64,000 bases of DNA from a candidate division WOR-3 bacterium (lineage in GTDB: Bacteria; Hydrothermota; Hydrothermia; B15-G9; WFZT01), in NCBI GenBank assembly GCA_027053075.1, contig JALUEE010000047.1, forward strand, positions 1 through 64,000, read 5' to 3'. Positions 19,584-30,646 of the stretch are shown one piece after another. Within the stretch, counting starts at the first letter, position 1. Every line of letters starts with the position of its first letter. The notes below the pieces were generated by a model. It saw only the letters and a list, made by a program, of their open reading frames with translations. It did no database searches and was not told where the DNA came from. Made by a program: the position numbers and the translations under genes.

Positions 19584-20884
19584 GTGCTGTAACAGTTTCC
19601 GTCATTGTACTTATCGTTTTCCTTGCAGTGCTGTTTTATGGAGTGCCCGTTTTTGCCTCTCTCGGAATTGCCAGTGTAGTGGGGATTTTGATAATGAATG
19701 GTGTCGGTGGGCTCAGCGTGATTCCGGAGATATTCTATGAGAAAATGGATAACTTCGTGCTTATTGCGATTCCGCTATATATTTTGATGGGGGAGATTCT
19801 ATTTCACACTGGAATTGGTGCTGACCTTTACCAGATGGCGGCTCGATGGACCAACTGGCTGCCAGGTGGACTCGCAATGGGAACGGTGGTCGCAAGTGCC
19901 GTTTTCGGAGCTATGTGTGGTGTAAGCGTGGCTGGAGCTGCTACCATCGGAGCCTTCGCCATACCGGAAATGCTCAAGAGGGGGTATGACCGCTCCCTTG
20001 CCTCAGGCTCTGTTGCCGCTGCCGGCGCCCTGGCCCTGCTCATCCCTCCAAGTATCGGATTTATCATTTATGGCGCAATTGCTGATGAATCAGTAGGACG
20101 CCTGTTTATCAGCGGAATAGTGCCCGGCATAATCCTTGCCATCTTCATGATGATTTACATTTACGTGTATGTCTCATTGCATCCTGAAAAAGCTCCTCCT
20201 CCAAAGGAGAAAATCACCTGGAAGATGAGATTCGAGAGTCTGCTCAGGTCGTGGACGGCCCTTTTCCTCATTATTCTGGTGCTCGGAAGTATCTATACGG
20301 GTATTGCTACGCCCACCGAATCTGCCGCCATCGGTGCAGTGGGAGCTTATTTCCTTGCTATCTTTGTGTACAGGTCAATGAACTGGAAGATATTCATGGA
20401 AATCCTGCTTTCCACCATGAAAACTACGGGAATGATTCTTTTAATTTTCGTAAACGCAATGCTCTTTGGATACGTTATTACACGCCTACAGCTCCCACAG
20501 CAACTCGCCATGTATGTGGCCAATGCCCACATGTCCAAGTATCTGGTACTGGCATTGATCGTGCTACTACTGATCTTTCTTGGCATGTTCATTGATGGAA
20601 CATCTGTGATTCTTATCTCGACGCCAATTCTGCTGCCTACCATTCTGCTCATGGGCTACGACAAAATCTGGTTTGGTGTGATAATGATGATAACCATTGA
20701 GATGGCAGTGATTACACCGCCTGTGGGTTTAAACCTTTACGTGATCAAGAGTATTGCGCCGGAGGAAGTTACGCTCAAAGACATAATCACCGGGGCACTC
20801 CCCTTTGTATTGGTGGAAATTGCCTCGCTGATTGTATTTGTTATTTTCCCAAAACTTGCTCTATGGTTGCCGAGTAAGATGTAG
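19580..20884 (+). CDS. dctM: TRAP transporter large permease
   Basis: LIPPSI, ATPTESAA, ITPPVGLNL. Confidence 0.93.
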   Translation: MSAVTVSVIVLIVFLAVLFYGVPVFASLGIASVVGILIMNGVGGLSVIPEIFYEKMDNFVLIAIPLYILMGEILFHTGIGADLYQMAARWTNWLPGGLAMGTVVASAVFGAMCGVSVAGAATIGAFAIPEMLKRGYDRSLASGSVAAAGALALLIPPSIGFIIYGAIADESVGRLFISGIVPGIILAIFMMIYIYVYVSLHPEKAPPPKEKITWKMRFESLLRSWTALFLIILVLGSIYTGIATPTESAAIGAVGAYFLAIFVYRSMNWKIFMEILLSTMKTTGMILLIFVNAMLFGYVITRLQLPQQLAMYVANAHMSKYLVLALIVLLLIFLGMFIDGTSVILISTPILLPTILLMGYDKIWFGVIMMITIEMAVITPPVGLNLYVIKSIAPEEVTLKDIITGALPFVLVEIASLIVFVIFPKLALWLPSKM

Positions 20885-20898
20885 GTGGTTGGATGGGG

Positions 20899-21330
20899 TT
20901 AAAAATCAGCGCCTACTTCGGAGACAAATTGTAGCCAGAAATTGCGGTATTCTTCTGGAATGGTAACTACACGATTGTCCCTATCTACTGAGACGTGAAT
21001 GGATTTACCGCGTGATAGAAGCTTTCCGTCCGAGGCTATCAAAACTTCGTAGTAAAAGATCACCTTCCGGGTCTTCACTTCCACAAGTCTTGTTCTAACA
21101 ATCACTTCCTCGTCATAAACAGCCGGATGTTTGTACTGTGCACGAACTTCAACAACGCTGAAAAAGTAGCCACTCTCTTCAATCTTGCTGTAAGGCATGC
21201 CAATCTTTCTTAAAAATTCAGATCTCCCTTCCTCAAACCAGACAATGTAAGAGGAATGATGGACAATCCTCATGGCATCTGTTTCGGCATATCTCACCCT
21301 GAATTTTGCATCAACGTAAAAATCTTTCAT
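20899..21330 (-). CDS. Acyl-CoA thioesterase (YbgC/4HBT family)
   Basis: VRYAETDAMRIVHHSSYIVWFEEGR. Confidence 0.9.
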   Translation of the reverse strand: MKDFYVDAKFRVRYAETDAMRIVHHSSYIVWFEEGRSEFLRKIGMPYSKIEESGYFFSVVEVRAQYKHPAVYDEEVIVRTRLVEVKTRKVIFYYEVLIASDGKLLSRGKSIHVSVDRDNRVVTIPEEYRNFWLQFVSEVGADF

Positions 21331-21404
21331 GCCCAAAGTTTAATTTTAACCCCAGGGACTTGCAAATGATGGGATTGGCCTGGTCGAGCATTGTATAAAG
21401 CGGA

Positions 21405-21437
21405 GGGGGGCCCGCGCACGAAGTGCGCGGGCCCCCC
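21405..21437. repeat. GAA-triloop palindrome
   Basis: GGGGGGCCCGCGCAC-GAA-GTGCGCGGGCCCCCC; same core as 17857-17895. Confidence 0.85.
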
Positions 21438-21504
21438 ACACAAAAACACTTGTGTTAATAACCGGGGTCATGTATTATTCTCTAACTTATTCGGGAGTGA
21501 GCCA

Positions 21505-23739
21505 ATGGCAAAAAACGGAAAGAAAAAGCTTTTAATCGTTGAATCGCCCACAAAGGCAAAAACTTTAAGCAAATATCTTGGCAGAAATTTTTCAGTAATT
21601 GCATCCAAAGGGCATATTCGCGATCTGCCGCCTAACCGCTTTGGAGTAAAAATTGACGAGGAAGGGTTCAAGCCCTCATACGTCATAATGAAAGAAAAGC
21701 GGGACGTGGTCAAAGAAATCAAGGAAGCCGCGAAAAAAGCCTCTGAAATCTACATTGGAAGTGACCCTGACCGCGAAGGGGAGGCCATCGCCTATCACAT
21801 TTCCCACATTATAAAAAGAATAAAGAAGCCAGAGGAAATTAAACGGGTTTTATTTTTTGAGATTACAAAGGATGCCGTAAAGGACGCCATCAAGCGCCCC
21901 GGAACTATTGACCTCAACAAATTCAACGCGCAACAGGCACGAAGAATTCTCGATAGAATTGTCGGCTACAAGGTAAGTCCATTGCTCTGGAAATCGGTCA
22001 AAAAGGGACTCTCCGCAGGCCGTGTCCAGACCGTTGCCCTTCGATTCATCGTTGAAAGAGAAAAAGAAATACGCAACTTCAAGCCTGAAATTTACTACGT
22101 CGTAAAGGCTGTTTTCGAAAAGGATGGTGTTCAATTTACCGGAACACTCATAAAAGGCCCGGATGGCAAAAGTCTTCAAAAAATTAAGGACAAGAATCAG
22201 GCTGAAGAAATTGTAAAAAAGCTCAAAGAAGGCCTCTTCACGGTAGCAGAATTCTCAAAACGCACACGCAAGCAGACACCACCCCCTCCCTACAAAACCT
22301 CCACACTACAGCAGGATGCATCTTCAAAACTTGGATACGCGCCCAGGCGGACCATGAAAATAGCTCAGGAGCTCTATGAGGGGGTTGATCTTGGTGGTGA
22401 AAGACGGGGATTGATTACTTACATGCGTACCGACTCACTCCGGATGTCTGAAAAGGCAATCGAAAAGATCAGGGAAATCATCAAGGAAAACTTTGGTGAG
22501 GAATTTCTCTCATCAAAGCCCCGTCAGTTTAAGTCAAAGGGGAGCGCTGTGCAGGGAGCACACGAGGCAATAAGGCCCACGGGATTCGATTTTCCTGAAA
22601 GTATCAGGAGCTTCTTAACCCGCGAGCAGCATTCCCTCTACAGCCTAATCTGGAAAAGGGCTGTCGCTTCACAGGCAAAAGAAGCCCAATTTGAGGTCCG
22701 GAAAGCTATTTTAGAAAACTCTGGCTACAGGTTTAAAGCAGAGGGTGAAACCCTGAAATTTGAAGGGTTTTATAAGATCACAGGGGAAAAGCCGAGAGAG
22801 GTGGAAATACCGGTGATGAAGGTTGGAGAGCAGGTCAAACTTGTGGACCTCAAGATGGAGAAAAAGCAGACCGAGCCACCGAAACGATATACAGAGGCAA
22901 CGCTCATAAAAACTCTTGAGGCAAAGGAAATTGGAAGACCATCCACCTATGCGCCTACCATTTCAACACTGTTTGAGCGCGGATACATTGAAAAAGACGG
23001 TAAATTCCTCAAACCCACAGAGCTCGGGGAGCTTGTCAACGACATTCTCATCCCGAGGTTCAAGGAAATCTTTGATTACGGTTTCACTGCGAAAATGGAG
23101 GACGAGCTCGATAAGGTGGAGCTTGGAGAGCTCTCCTGGCAGGACCTTTTGCGAGAATTTTACGATCACTTTAAAAAAGAATTTGAAAAGGCACAGGAAG
23201 ACATTCCTGCCATCAAAAAAGAAAATGTCGAAGTTCTCGACGAAAAATGCCCTCTATGTGGCAGACCACTTGTTATAAGATGGGGCCGGTACGGAAAATT
23301 CATCGCATGCTCAGGGTATCCTGAATGCAAATACACGAGGCCACTTGAACAGGAGATTGTAGAAGGTGAAAAATGTCCTGTATGTGGGAAGCCTATGGTT
23401 ATCAGAAAAGGAAAGTATGGCAGATTCCTCGCATGTATTGATTACCCCAAATGCCCTGGTGTGAAGCCGCTTTCAACAGGTGTAAAATGCCCCGAATGCG
23501 GCGGCGATATTGTAGAAAGGGTGAACAAGCGCGGGAAGGTCTTCTACGCCTGTTCCAACTATCCCAAATGTAAATTCACTTTACCTTACAAACCTGTACC
23601 TGTGGAGTGTCCCAATTGTGGCTATCCACTTTTAATGGAGGTACATCGCGGTAAAAAATTCTACTACCAGTGCCCTAATTGTAAAAAAACCTTCTCACCG
23701 AAAGAGATTGGCCTGAAATTAGAAAAATCCAAGAAGTAA
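21505..23739 (+). CDS. topA: DNA topoisomerase I with C-terminal Zn ribbons
   Basis: IVESPTKAK, DPDREGE, SAGRVQ, ITYMRTDS, GRPSTY, C4 zinc fingers. Confidence 0.97.
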   Translation: MAKNGKKKLLIVESPTKAKTLSKYLGRNFSVIASKGHIRDLPPNRFGVKIDEEGFKPSYVIMKEKRDVVKEIKEAAKKASEIYIGSDPDREGEAIAYHISHIIKRIKKPEEIKRVLFFEITKDAVKDAIKRPGTIDLNKFNAQQARRILDRIVGYKVSPLLWKSVKKGLSAGRVQTVALRFIVEREKEIRNFKPEIYYVVKAVFEKDGVQFTGTLIKGPDGKSLQKIKDKNQAEEIVKKLKEGLFTVAEFSKRTRKQTPPPPYKTSTLQQDASSKLGYAPRRTMKIAQELYEGVDLGGERRGLITYMRTDSLRMSEKAIEKIREIIKENFGEEFLSSKPRQFKSKGSAVQGAHEAIRPTGFDFPESIRSFLTREQHSLYSLIWKRAVASQAKEAQFEVRKAILENSGYRFKAEGETLKFEGFYKITGEKPREVEIPVMKVGEQVKLVDLKMEKKQTEPPKRYTEATLIKTLEAKEIGRPSTYAPTISTLFERGYIEKDGKFLKPTELGELVNDILIPRFKEIFDYGFTAKMEDELDKVELGELSWQDLLREFYDHFKKEFEKAQEDIPAIKKENVEVLDEKCPLCGRPLVIRWGRYGKFIACSGYPECKYTRPLEQEIVEGEKCPVCGKPMVIRKGKYGRFLACIDYPKCPGVKPLSTGVKCPECGGDIVERVNKRGKVFYACSNYPKCKFTLPYKPVPVECPNCGYPLLMEVHRGKKFYYQCPNCKKTFSPKEIGLKLEKSKK

Positions 23740-24025
23740 CCTGCAAATTTCAAGACGAGGTGTATAAAAATCCCCCCATATTAAAATTGTTAGGGAGCAA
23801 GTTCATTCTGTATCTGAAAGAATTTAGGTTGTAGCTCAACTTTTATACCCGCAAAGCAAACGGCCTCTAAACAAAGAATTTTTAATCTTCAGTGAATCAC
23901 AGGCTTCATCAGAAAGTCAAATACACCATCACAAGCGAAGCTTGTGGGGAAAACTCCATCACCCCCCAGCACTCACCCGATTTTGCCTGACGTTTTTACG
24001 CTGTCGAGGGAATTTCACCAAGCAC

Positions 24026-24087
24026 TTCCCTCCCCCACGCTCTGCGTGGGGGAGGGAATGAAAGGGAGGGGGCTTTCCGCTTGAAAA
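24026..24087. repeat. CCCTCCCC hairpin with TTCCGCTTGAAAA tail
   Basis: Perfect stem plus tail shared with 35161-35220 and 40228-40283. Confidence 0.75.
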
Positions 24088-24152
24088 CTGTAAAGATTCA
24101 TATCTAATCCATCAGGAAAAATTAAGAGATACCTAATTCTAAAAAACCCCCA

Positions 24153-25424
24153 CTACCCCACTTTCCTCAACCTCGCTGCAAAGGAAAAATCGGAGTCGTG
24201 CAATGTTCCATCCACAAATAGGAATTTTCCCCTCGTAAATTCAGATGGGATAAAATCCGCTGCACCCTCAAGCTCAAAATCAGGATGCTTGGCGAGAAAC
24301 CACTCAATTATTCCCTCATTCTCCTCCTTCGTAATTGTACACGTTGAATAAACAATTACTCCACCATCCTTAACAAGCGTTGCGGCATTTTCCATCAGTC
24401 TCTTCTGCAATTTCACAAGCTCATTTATCCTCTCCTGTGACATTCTCCACCTGAGCTCAGCATGTCTCCTCAGAGTTCCAAGACCGGAACACGGAGCATC
24501 AAGCAATATTTTGTCAAACTTTCTTTTAAAACCAATATAAGTGGAATCCCCGTTAACAACATAAATCTTTGTCCCCAGTCTACCAGAAAGCCTCTTAATC
24601 TCTTTAGCCCGCGAGAGATGAATCTCCACACTTACAGCGTTTATGGTAGGCTCAAGCTGATAGGCATAGGTAATTTTTCCACCTGGAGCCCCTGTCATGT
24701 CCAGAACCAAATCCCCCGGCTCAGGGGCAAGAAGATGGGGCACCGTCTGTGATGAGAGGTCCTGAACATAGTAGTATTCTTCAGGAATTCCAAGCAAGTG
24801 CGGGAGTTTATCCACACGATATGCAAACGGAGGAAATTCAAAGCGTTCAAATTCAGTGAGCATGCTTTCAAACTTCTCTCTTGAAGCACGCAGCGTGTTT
24901 ACCCTCAGAAATGTTCGAGCTGGGAGGTTGTTATGCTCCATCACCTGGACTGCCTTATCGTCTCCAAAAATTTCCACCAATTTTTTATAAAGCCATTCCG
25001 GGTGGGAATATCTGATCCAGACCTCGTCGGGATAAATCCTCTCCCGTGCTACTCTTTTCAGCACTGCATTTACCAATCCTGCAGTTCCCCGATGGCCAAA
25101 CCTTTTTGCAAGCTCAACACTCTCGTTGACCACCGCATATTCAGGCACATTCTCTAAAAAATAGAGTTGAAAAACTCCCATCCTGAGTATTGTCCTTATC
25201 CATGGGGTGAGTTTTGCAAACTTTTTCTTACCGAGGTATTTCTCAAGAACCCAATCTGTGAAAAGCTTGTACTTCACCGTTCCATTGACAAGAGCCGAAA
25301 GAAGAGGGACGCTCTCGGGCTTGACTCTAAAAGAATAATAGACAAGGAGTTTATTGGCCCATCGGCCCTCTTCGAGTACCTCTTTGAGAATCAGGACTGC
25401 ATAGTATCTAACCCTGCTCTTCAA
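24153..25424 (-). CDS. rsmB: 16S rRNA m5C967 methyltransferase (NusB plus RsmB domains)
   Basis: VNESVELAK, APGGK, DAPCSGLG, VYSTCT; TTG start uncertain. Confidence 0.9.
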   Translation of the reverse strand: MKSRVRYYAVLILKEVLEEGRWANKLLVYYSFRVKPESVPLLSALVNGTVKYKLFTDWVLEKYLGKKKFAKLTPWIRTILRMGVFQLYFLENVPEYAVVNESVELAKRFGHRGTAGLVNAVLKRVARERIYPDEVWIRYSHPEWLYKKLVEIFGDDKAVQVMEHNNLPARTFLRVNTLRASREKFESMLTEFERFEFPPFAYRVDKLPHLLGIPEEYYYVQDLSSQTVPHLLAPEPGDLVLDMTGAPGGKITYAYQLEPTINAVSVEIHLSRAKEIKRLSGRLGTKIYVVNGDSTYIGFKRKFDKILLDAPCSGLGTLRRHAELRWRMSQERINELVKLQKRLMENAATLVKDGGVIVYSTCTITKEENEGIIEWFLAKHPDFELEGAADFIPSEFTRGKFLFVDGTLHDSDFSFAARLRKVG

Positions 25425-25923
25425 TGTAAATTGCAGCCTCCAGGAGGTTTTTTGCCGTGAATTCAGCCTGCGTCTGGACATCTGTTGGGGAAATGCGTAT
25501 TGCTCTCATTCCCGCGTTGAGCCCGGCAAGCACATCTGATTCCTTATCCCCTATCATGAAAGACCTGCCAAGCTCAATTGTGGGATACTTATCCACTAAT
25601 CTCCTGACCATCAGTGGATTGGGTTTTCGACATCCTGTCCTCTCTAAGGGATGATCAGGGCAAAAGACCACATCCTTGATATAAATATGGTGGGATTCCA
25701 GCCTCAGAAGCAGTTCTTTTGTGATCTCACGATAACGCTCGAAGGATAGGTAACCTCGTTTGATCCCCGATTGATTGGTGACAATGAAGAGTGAAAATCC
25801 CATATCCTGGAGCTTCTCTAAACCCTCAATGGCAAGGGGCAAAAATCTAATAAATTCAGGGGAATTTATGTACCCCACATCCCGAATGATGGTTCCATCC
25901 CGATCAAGAAATGCCGCTCTCAT
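25408..25923 (-). CDS. gmhB: D,D-heptose 1,7-bisphosphate phosphatase-like HAD
   Basis: FLDRDGT, TNQSG, CRKP, IGDKESD. Confidence 0.85.
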   Translation of the reverse strand: MRAAFLDRDGTIIRDVGYINSPEFIRFLPLAIEGLEKLQDMGFSLFIVTNQSGIKRGYLSFERYREITKELLLRLESHHIYIKDVVFCPDHPLERTGCRKPNPLMVRRLVDKYPTIELGRSFMIGDKESDVLAGLNAGMRAIRISPTDVQTQAEFTAKNLLEAAIYIEEQG

Positions 25924-26503
25924 GAAGTTCTAAAAATCTCCCGAATTCCCGAAATGCCCGCGCCCGATGGCTGATTTTGTTTTTAATCTCAATTGGTATT
26001 TCAGCAAACGTAAGACCAAGCTGCGGATACAGGAAAATCGAATCATAGCCAAAGCCTTGACTTCCCCTTTCCTCGGTTGTTATAAAGCCCTCCACCTCGC
26101 CTTCAAATGAATAAATTTCATCTTCGTTTTTAACAAAAGTGACCACAGTCACAAATCTTGCACGTCTATCAGTCACACCTTCCATCAGTTTTAAAAGTTT
26201 TTCTCGATTATCCCGGTAAGTTGCATTCTCCCCTGCAAACCTTGCAGAAAAAACTCCGGGCATCCCATGGAGGGCATCAACGACCAATCCAGTGTCATCG
26301 GCAACTGATGGAATTCCCGTTTTTTTAAAGGCATCAAGTGCCTTTTCCCGCGAATTCTCTATAAGGGTCAATCCTTTTTCATCAGCACCGGGAATTTCTG
26401 GAAAATCGAGGAGGGATAAAAATTCTATACTATAGCCCTCAAGGAGTTCTGAGATTTCCCTGAACTTATCCGGGTTTTTGGTGGCAATCAGGATTCTGGT
26501 CAA
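25904..26503 (-). CDS. rdgB: Non-canonical purine NTP pyrophosphatase
   Basis: ATKNPDK, ADDTGL, PGVFSAR, FGYD, SHR. Confidence 0.95.
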   Translation of the reverse strand: MTRILIATKNPDKFREISELLEGYSIEFLSLLDFPEIPGADEKGLTLIENSREKALDAFKKTGIPSVADDTGLVVDALHGMPGVFSARFAGENATYRDNREKLLKLMEGVTDRRARFVTVVTFVKNEDEIYSFEGEVEGFITTEERGSQGFGYDSIFLYPQLGLTFAEIPIEIKNKISHRARAFREFGRFLELHESGIS

Positions 26504-27099
26504 CTTCCCTTGATCTCAGTCTCCACTACGAAGGCATCTGGGTAGCCGTTGGCTCTGAGATATTCTTTGTATTCCTCTGCATCCTGTCTGTTCTTGAAAT
26601 CCCCCACGCGGACCTTGTAGAAAGGTGGAATATACTCGATATAGACGGGCTTGGATAGCACCTTACGAGCTTTTTTCGCAACTCTTTCAGCATTCTGCTT
26701 TTTCAATGTGGCAAAGATCTGTACTCTGTAGCCAATAATGGTCTGAACAGCCCCAGTCTGAGGCTTTTCCTTTGTAGGCGTGGCAGGAGCCGCATTTGTC
26801 TCTGGAGTTGTAGCCGATGCAACCTCTTCTGGTAAAACAACTTTCACAGTATCCTGCGTTTTCTTTGTGGTATCACCCTCAAAGACCACAATCGGGCCCT
26901 GAAATCCAGTGGTGTCCTTTTTCTCTTCATGCAGCACCCTGGTAGTTTCTACCTTTGCAGGTGCAGTCACAACCTTCGTCGTCTCCGGTGGTGGTACGGT
27001 TATCTTAGTCTCCTCTTTTACCTCTTTCCTCTTTGCACAGGATGTGAGGGCAAAGACCCCGGCGAATAGTATTATTAATACTCTTTTACTTGAGCCCAT
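26500..27099 (-). CDS. SPOR-domain lipoprotein
   Basis: Lipobox LTSC, P/T-rich linker, GYRVQIFA...YKVRVGDF...GYPDAFVV. Confidence 0.85.
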   Translation of the reverse strand: MGSSKRVLIILFAGVFALTSCAKRKEVKEETKITVPPPETTKVVTAPAKVETTRVLHEEKKDTTGFQGPIVVFEGDTTKKTQDTVKVVLPEEVASATTPETNAAPATPTKEKPQTGAVQTIIGYRVQIFATLKKQNAERVAKKARKVLSKPVYIEYIPPFYKVRVGDFKNRQDAEEYKEYLRANGYPDAFVVETEIKGS

Positions 27100-27295
27100 A
27101 CTTTTTGCGGAATTTCTCGATTCTACCACCGGTGTCAACAAGTGTCCTCTTGTATTCACCGGTGTAGAACGGATGGCATTTTGAGCAAACTTCAACCTTT
27201 ATTTCTTTTTTGGTTGAGCCTGTAACCACCACATTCCCACATGCGCATTTTATAACTGCATCTGGATAATATTTCGGATGAATTCCCTTTTTCAT
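27086..27295 (-). CDS. rpmE: 50S ribosomal protein L31 (Zn-binding type)
   Basis: [21 protein letters not shown]. Confidence 0.97.
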   Translation of the reverse strand: MKKGIHPKYYPDAVIKCACGNVVVTGSTKKEIKVEVCSKCHPFYTGEYKRTLVDTGGRIEKFRKKYGLK

Positions 27296-27338
27296 TTCGA
27301 TCTCTCTCCTTTCGGGGAAAATTTGGGATTATTATACT

Positions 27339-28325
27339 CTAATAGTGTTCAAGCTTCAACTCCCTGGACATAAGCCAATCAAGTGCTTCCATGGGAGTAA
27401 ATTCGTCGTGAAGGATTTTGTAAACCGCCTCTGTGATCGGCATACTGACATTATGAATTTTGGAAAGTTTATAAGCAGCCTCTGCTGTGTAAACTCCTTC
27501 TGCTACTTCTACCATCGAATCTAATATATCCTTGAGTCTCATTCCCATGCCCAACTTTTCCCCAACATATCTGTTTCTTGAAAAACCCGAAAAACACGTG
27601 GTAATCAGGTCTCCGATACCGGAAAGACCCGCAAAAGTGCGATTGTCTGCGCCAAGGGCCATGCCAAGTCTCGTTATCTCTGCAATTCCTCTTGTTATCA
27701 AGGCCCCTTTGGCATTTGCACCGAGCTTGAGACTATCAACTGCACCAGCAGCAATGGCAATCACGTTTTTAAGGGCACCACCGAGCTCAACTCCTTTAAT
27801 ATCAAACCACCTGTAGACCCTGAATCTGTTGGTACTGAAAAGACGCTGAATCTCCTCTGCAAATTCAATGTCTTCGGAGGCAACTACAACCGACGTGGGT
27901 AACTCTTTCAAAACCTCCCTCGCGATGGAGGGACCTGATAAAACACCGATTTTCACATCCCCAAGCTCCTCAGCAATCACCTCAGACATTCTTTTGAGCG
28001 ACGATATCTCAATCCCTTTAACAACACTTAAAATTTTCTTCGGATAGGCCAATCCCTCGATTTTTCTGGCCGTCTCTCTCACACTCTGCGATGGAACCGC
28101 GAAGACAAGCAGGTCAACATCCAGTACTTCCTCGACCCTGGAGGTGAAATCCATTCCGTCGGGGAATACAAAATCACCAAACCTATCGGTATCCTTTCGC
28201 TCTCTTTTTAGCCTCTCACACCTCTCAGGCCTGTGCTCCCATAAAACGGTGTAGTTTCCCTTCTTCACAAGCAAATTGGCAAGCGTGATACCCCATGAAC
28301 CAGCACCAAGGAATCCAATTTTCAT
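27339..28325 (-). CDS. gpsA: NAD(P)H-dependent glycerol-3-phosphate dehydrogenase
   Basis: GAGSWG, GGALKNVIAI, GLSGIGDLITTC, SRN. Confidence 0.96.
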   Translation of the reverse strand: MKIGFLGAGSWGITLANLLVKKGNYTVLWEHRPERCERLKRERKDTDRFGDFVFPDGMDFTSRVEEVLDVDLLVFAVPSQSVRETARKIEGLAYPKKILSVVKGIEISSLKRMSEVIAEELGDVKIGVLSGPSIAREVLKELPTSVVVASEDIEFAEEIQRLFSTNRFRVYRWFDIKGVELGGALKNVIAIAAGAVDSLKLGANAKGALITRGIAEITRLGMALGADNRTFAGLSGIGDLITTCFSGFSRNRYVGEKLGMGMRLKDILDSMVEVAEGVYTAEAAYKLSKIHNVSMPITEAVYKILHDEFTPMEALDWLMSRELKLEHY

Positions 28326-28903
28326 TTTATTCTCGGTTCCTCCCCTCTGATGAGCCTTTTTATGTTGGACTTGTGCCTTAAGTAAATGATGAATACGGCA
28401 AGAACAATGATAACTCTGAGAACCACACTATCCGTCGAAAAAAATATGTAAATCCCTCCAACTGTCACCGCGATAAGAGATGAAAGTGAAACAATCTTAG
28501 TGGAGGCAAGAACAGCAAGCCAGGTAACTATTCCAATGAGCACCCCCAATGGAGAAAGCCCAAGAAATGCCCCCACCGTGGTTGCAACTCCTTTCCCCCC
28601 TTTAAACTTCATATAAATGGTGAAAGAATGCCCGAGAATGGCCACAACTGCAACAATAGCCGCAAAATCCACTCCAAAAATTTTGAGGGCATAAAATGTG
28701 GGAAAGAATCCCTTTGAAACATCGAAAATTCCAGTTAGTAATGCAATCCATAGTCCCCCGGCCCTATAAACGTTAGTTGCCCCTATATTACCGCTCCCGA
28801 CGGTGCGGACATCGATTCCTTTAAAGATTTTGACAAAGATGTACCCGAAGGGTATCCCGGCCACAAGGTAGGTCATCACCAGATACAGGATTTTGAGGAG
28901 CAT
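28322..28903 (-). CDS. plsY: Glycerol-3-phosphate acyltransferase
   Basis: GSGNIGATN, FKGGKGVAT, RHKSNIKRL. Confidence 0.96.
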   Translation of the reverse strand: MLLKILYLVMTYLVAGIPFGYIFVKIFKGIDVRTVGSGNIGATNVYRAGGLWIALLTGIFDVSKGFFPTFYALKIFGVDFAAIVAVVAILGHSFTIYMKFKGGKGVATTVGAFLGLSPLGVLIGIVTWLAVLASTKIVSLSSLIAVTVGGIYIFFSTDSVVLRVIIVLAVFIIYLRHKSNIKRLIRGEEPRIK

Positions 28904-28959
28904 GGTTGAATTATATCATGCTTGATTTTACAAATCAAATTCACTAAATTAAGTGCCCG

Positions 28960-29805
28960 ATGGGATTATTGACACCAAGAGAAATATTAAAAAATGACCT
29001 CTTTTCAAAAGGCACTCACATCCTCGAAATTGGCTGTGGTAACGGAGAATTTCTTCTCCATCTGCATCAAGCGCGCCCCTATGCAATAATATGGGGTCTT
29101 GATATCTCAAATTTTGCTTTGAAAAAGGCGTTTTCGAGAACAAAAGATAGGGCTAACATTTTCCTTGTAAAGTCAGATGGCAAATGGTTTCTTCAATGGC
29201 TTGTGCCTCCTAAAACTTTAAAAGAGGTTTATCTCCTTTTCCCTGACCCATGGCCCGGTAATGAGAAGAAAAGGATGGTTAATCAAAATTTCATCAAACT
29301 CCTATCCGAAAGGCTCGAGATCGGAGGCAGGTTTACATTTGCCACTGACGTTAGAGATTACTATGAGAAAACCCGGGAACTTTTTGAGTCATCGGGCTTC
29401 TTCAGAATCACAGAAGGCATAGAATCATTTTATACAAAGTACGAAAGAAAGTGGAAATCTCTCAGGAGAGAAACATATTCCCTCACAGCAGAGCTTGTGA
29501 AAGCGCCCAAAAACATCGAAACTTTCGGAGTATTCCTTGAACATCCGGTGGAAGTTTCAATCTCCGTAGAAACTATAAAAAATCTTGCAGGACTTGAGCT
29601 CAGATGGGGTGATATTTTCTTCAAAATCATTGATGTTTACGAAAAAACCGGGCGTGAATTCCTATTTAAAACTGTTTTCAGATTCCGTGATATGGGGCAA
29701 AAACAGTTATTTATCTTGAAGGACGGAAAAATAGACCTGCTACCTGTTCAGCTTGAAATTTACCCTGAACCTCTTCTTGATGCAATTAAATTGGTCTTTA
29801 CCTGA
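28960..29805 (+). CDS. trmB: tRNA m7G46 methyltransferase
   Basis: LEIGCGNGEF, FPDPWP, ATD, TKYERKW. Confidence 0.9.
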   Translation: MGLLTPREILKNDLFSKGTHILEIGCGNGEFLLHLHQARPYAIIWGLDISNFALKKAFSRTKDRANIFLVKSDGKWFLQWLVPPKTLKEVYLLFPDPWPGNEKKRMVNQNFIKLLSERLEIGGRFTFATDVRDYYEKTRELFESSGFFRITEGIESFYTKYERKWKSLRRETYSLTAELVKAPKNIETFGVFLEHPVEVSISVETIKNLAGLELRWGDIFFKIIDVYEKTGREFLFKTVFRFRDMGQKQLFILKDGKIDLLPVQLEIYPEPLLDAIKLVFT

Positions 29806-29808
29806 ACC

Positions 29809-30213
29809 TCAGGGACGCTCAAATTCCCTGTCAATGTTGGCATTTATCTCTGTGAAGCGGAAGAGATGTGCAGAGATATAAGAATCCACCATGGAGAATC
29901 CCCAGACCCCGATATACCAGAAAACCGAGCTCATAAACGCCCTGAACTGGTTTTCGTACGTAATTTTATCAGTGTAAATACCAGTCGAAAGATACTGGTT
30001 TCTGTAATACTTGTACCAGTAAAAGTGATAACCAGCCTTCCCTAAAAAGAATGCCGCAATTGAGGAAATAACGAGGGCCTTCCTGCTATTACCGGTGTAG
30101 TATTCGCCGAGTCCAGGGAATGTGAGGGAGTAAAGGGCAGCCCTTGTTGGATCAGGATGTGATGACATCTTTATGGGGAACGATATGAGTGCAAGAATTA
30201 GAAGTGGAGTCAT
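29809..30213 (-). CDS. Membrane protein (DUF5683-like)
   Basis: AALYSLTFPGLGEYY and DSYISAHL motifs. Confidence 0.65.
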   Translation of the reverse strand: MTPLLILALISFPIKMSSHPDPTRAALYSLTFPGLGEYYTGNSRKALVISSIAAFFLGKAGYHFYWYKYYRNQYLSTGIYTDKITYENQFRAFMSSVFWYIGVWGFSMVDSYISAHLFRFTEINANIDREFERP

Positions 30214-30222
30214 AAATTAAAG

Positions 30223-30299
30223 TGGCGCGCCCGGAGGGAGTCGAACCCCCAGCCTACGGATTCGTAGTCCGTCGCTCTATCCTGTTGAGCTACGGGCGC
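30223..30299 (-). tRNA. tRNA-Arg (ACG)
   Basis: Cloverleaf, anticodon loop CTACGAA, encoded CCA; promoter TTGACA-17-TAATAT at 30314-30342. Confidence 0.97.
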
Positions 30300-30350
30300 A
30301 CCGAACGGTTTTGATATTAACATTTCCCCTTTTAAGTGTCAAGGACCCGG

Positions 30351-30646
30351 GAGGGTGTTCGAAAATATCACCCCGGTCTTCCATTATTCACGAAGTGCAT
30401 GATGATGAAAAATATGTTATTCAATGATTCAGGTCTTTTCACCCTCCCTTATCTGGGGAAGGGAGGGCAGGGGTGGAATGGGGAAATTTTGGTCGGCAAG
30501 ACTTTGGGTTCATTTATTCTTCCCATTCTCCCCTAACACCTCCTTCCAATTAAAGGAGGGGCAATTTGTTGACTGCGATTGTCACCGTGGTTACGAGGAC
30601 CCCTTGGGAAAGGTAGCTCTAAAATTCAGGATTTTCGAACAGGCTC
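30351..30646. mobile_element. MITE with 16-bp TIRs and 9-bp flanking duplication
   Basis: GAGGGTGTTCGAAAAT / ATTTTCGAACAGGCTC; AGGACCCGG at 30342-30350 and 30647-30655. Confidence 0.8.
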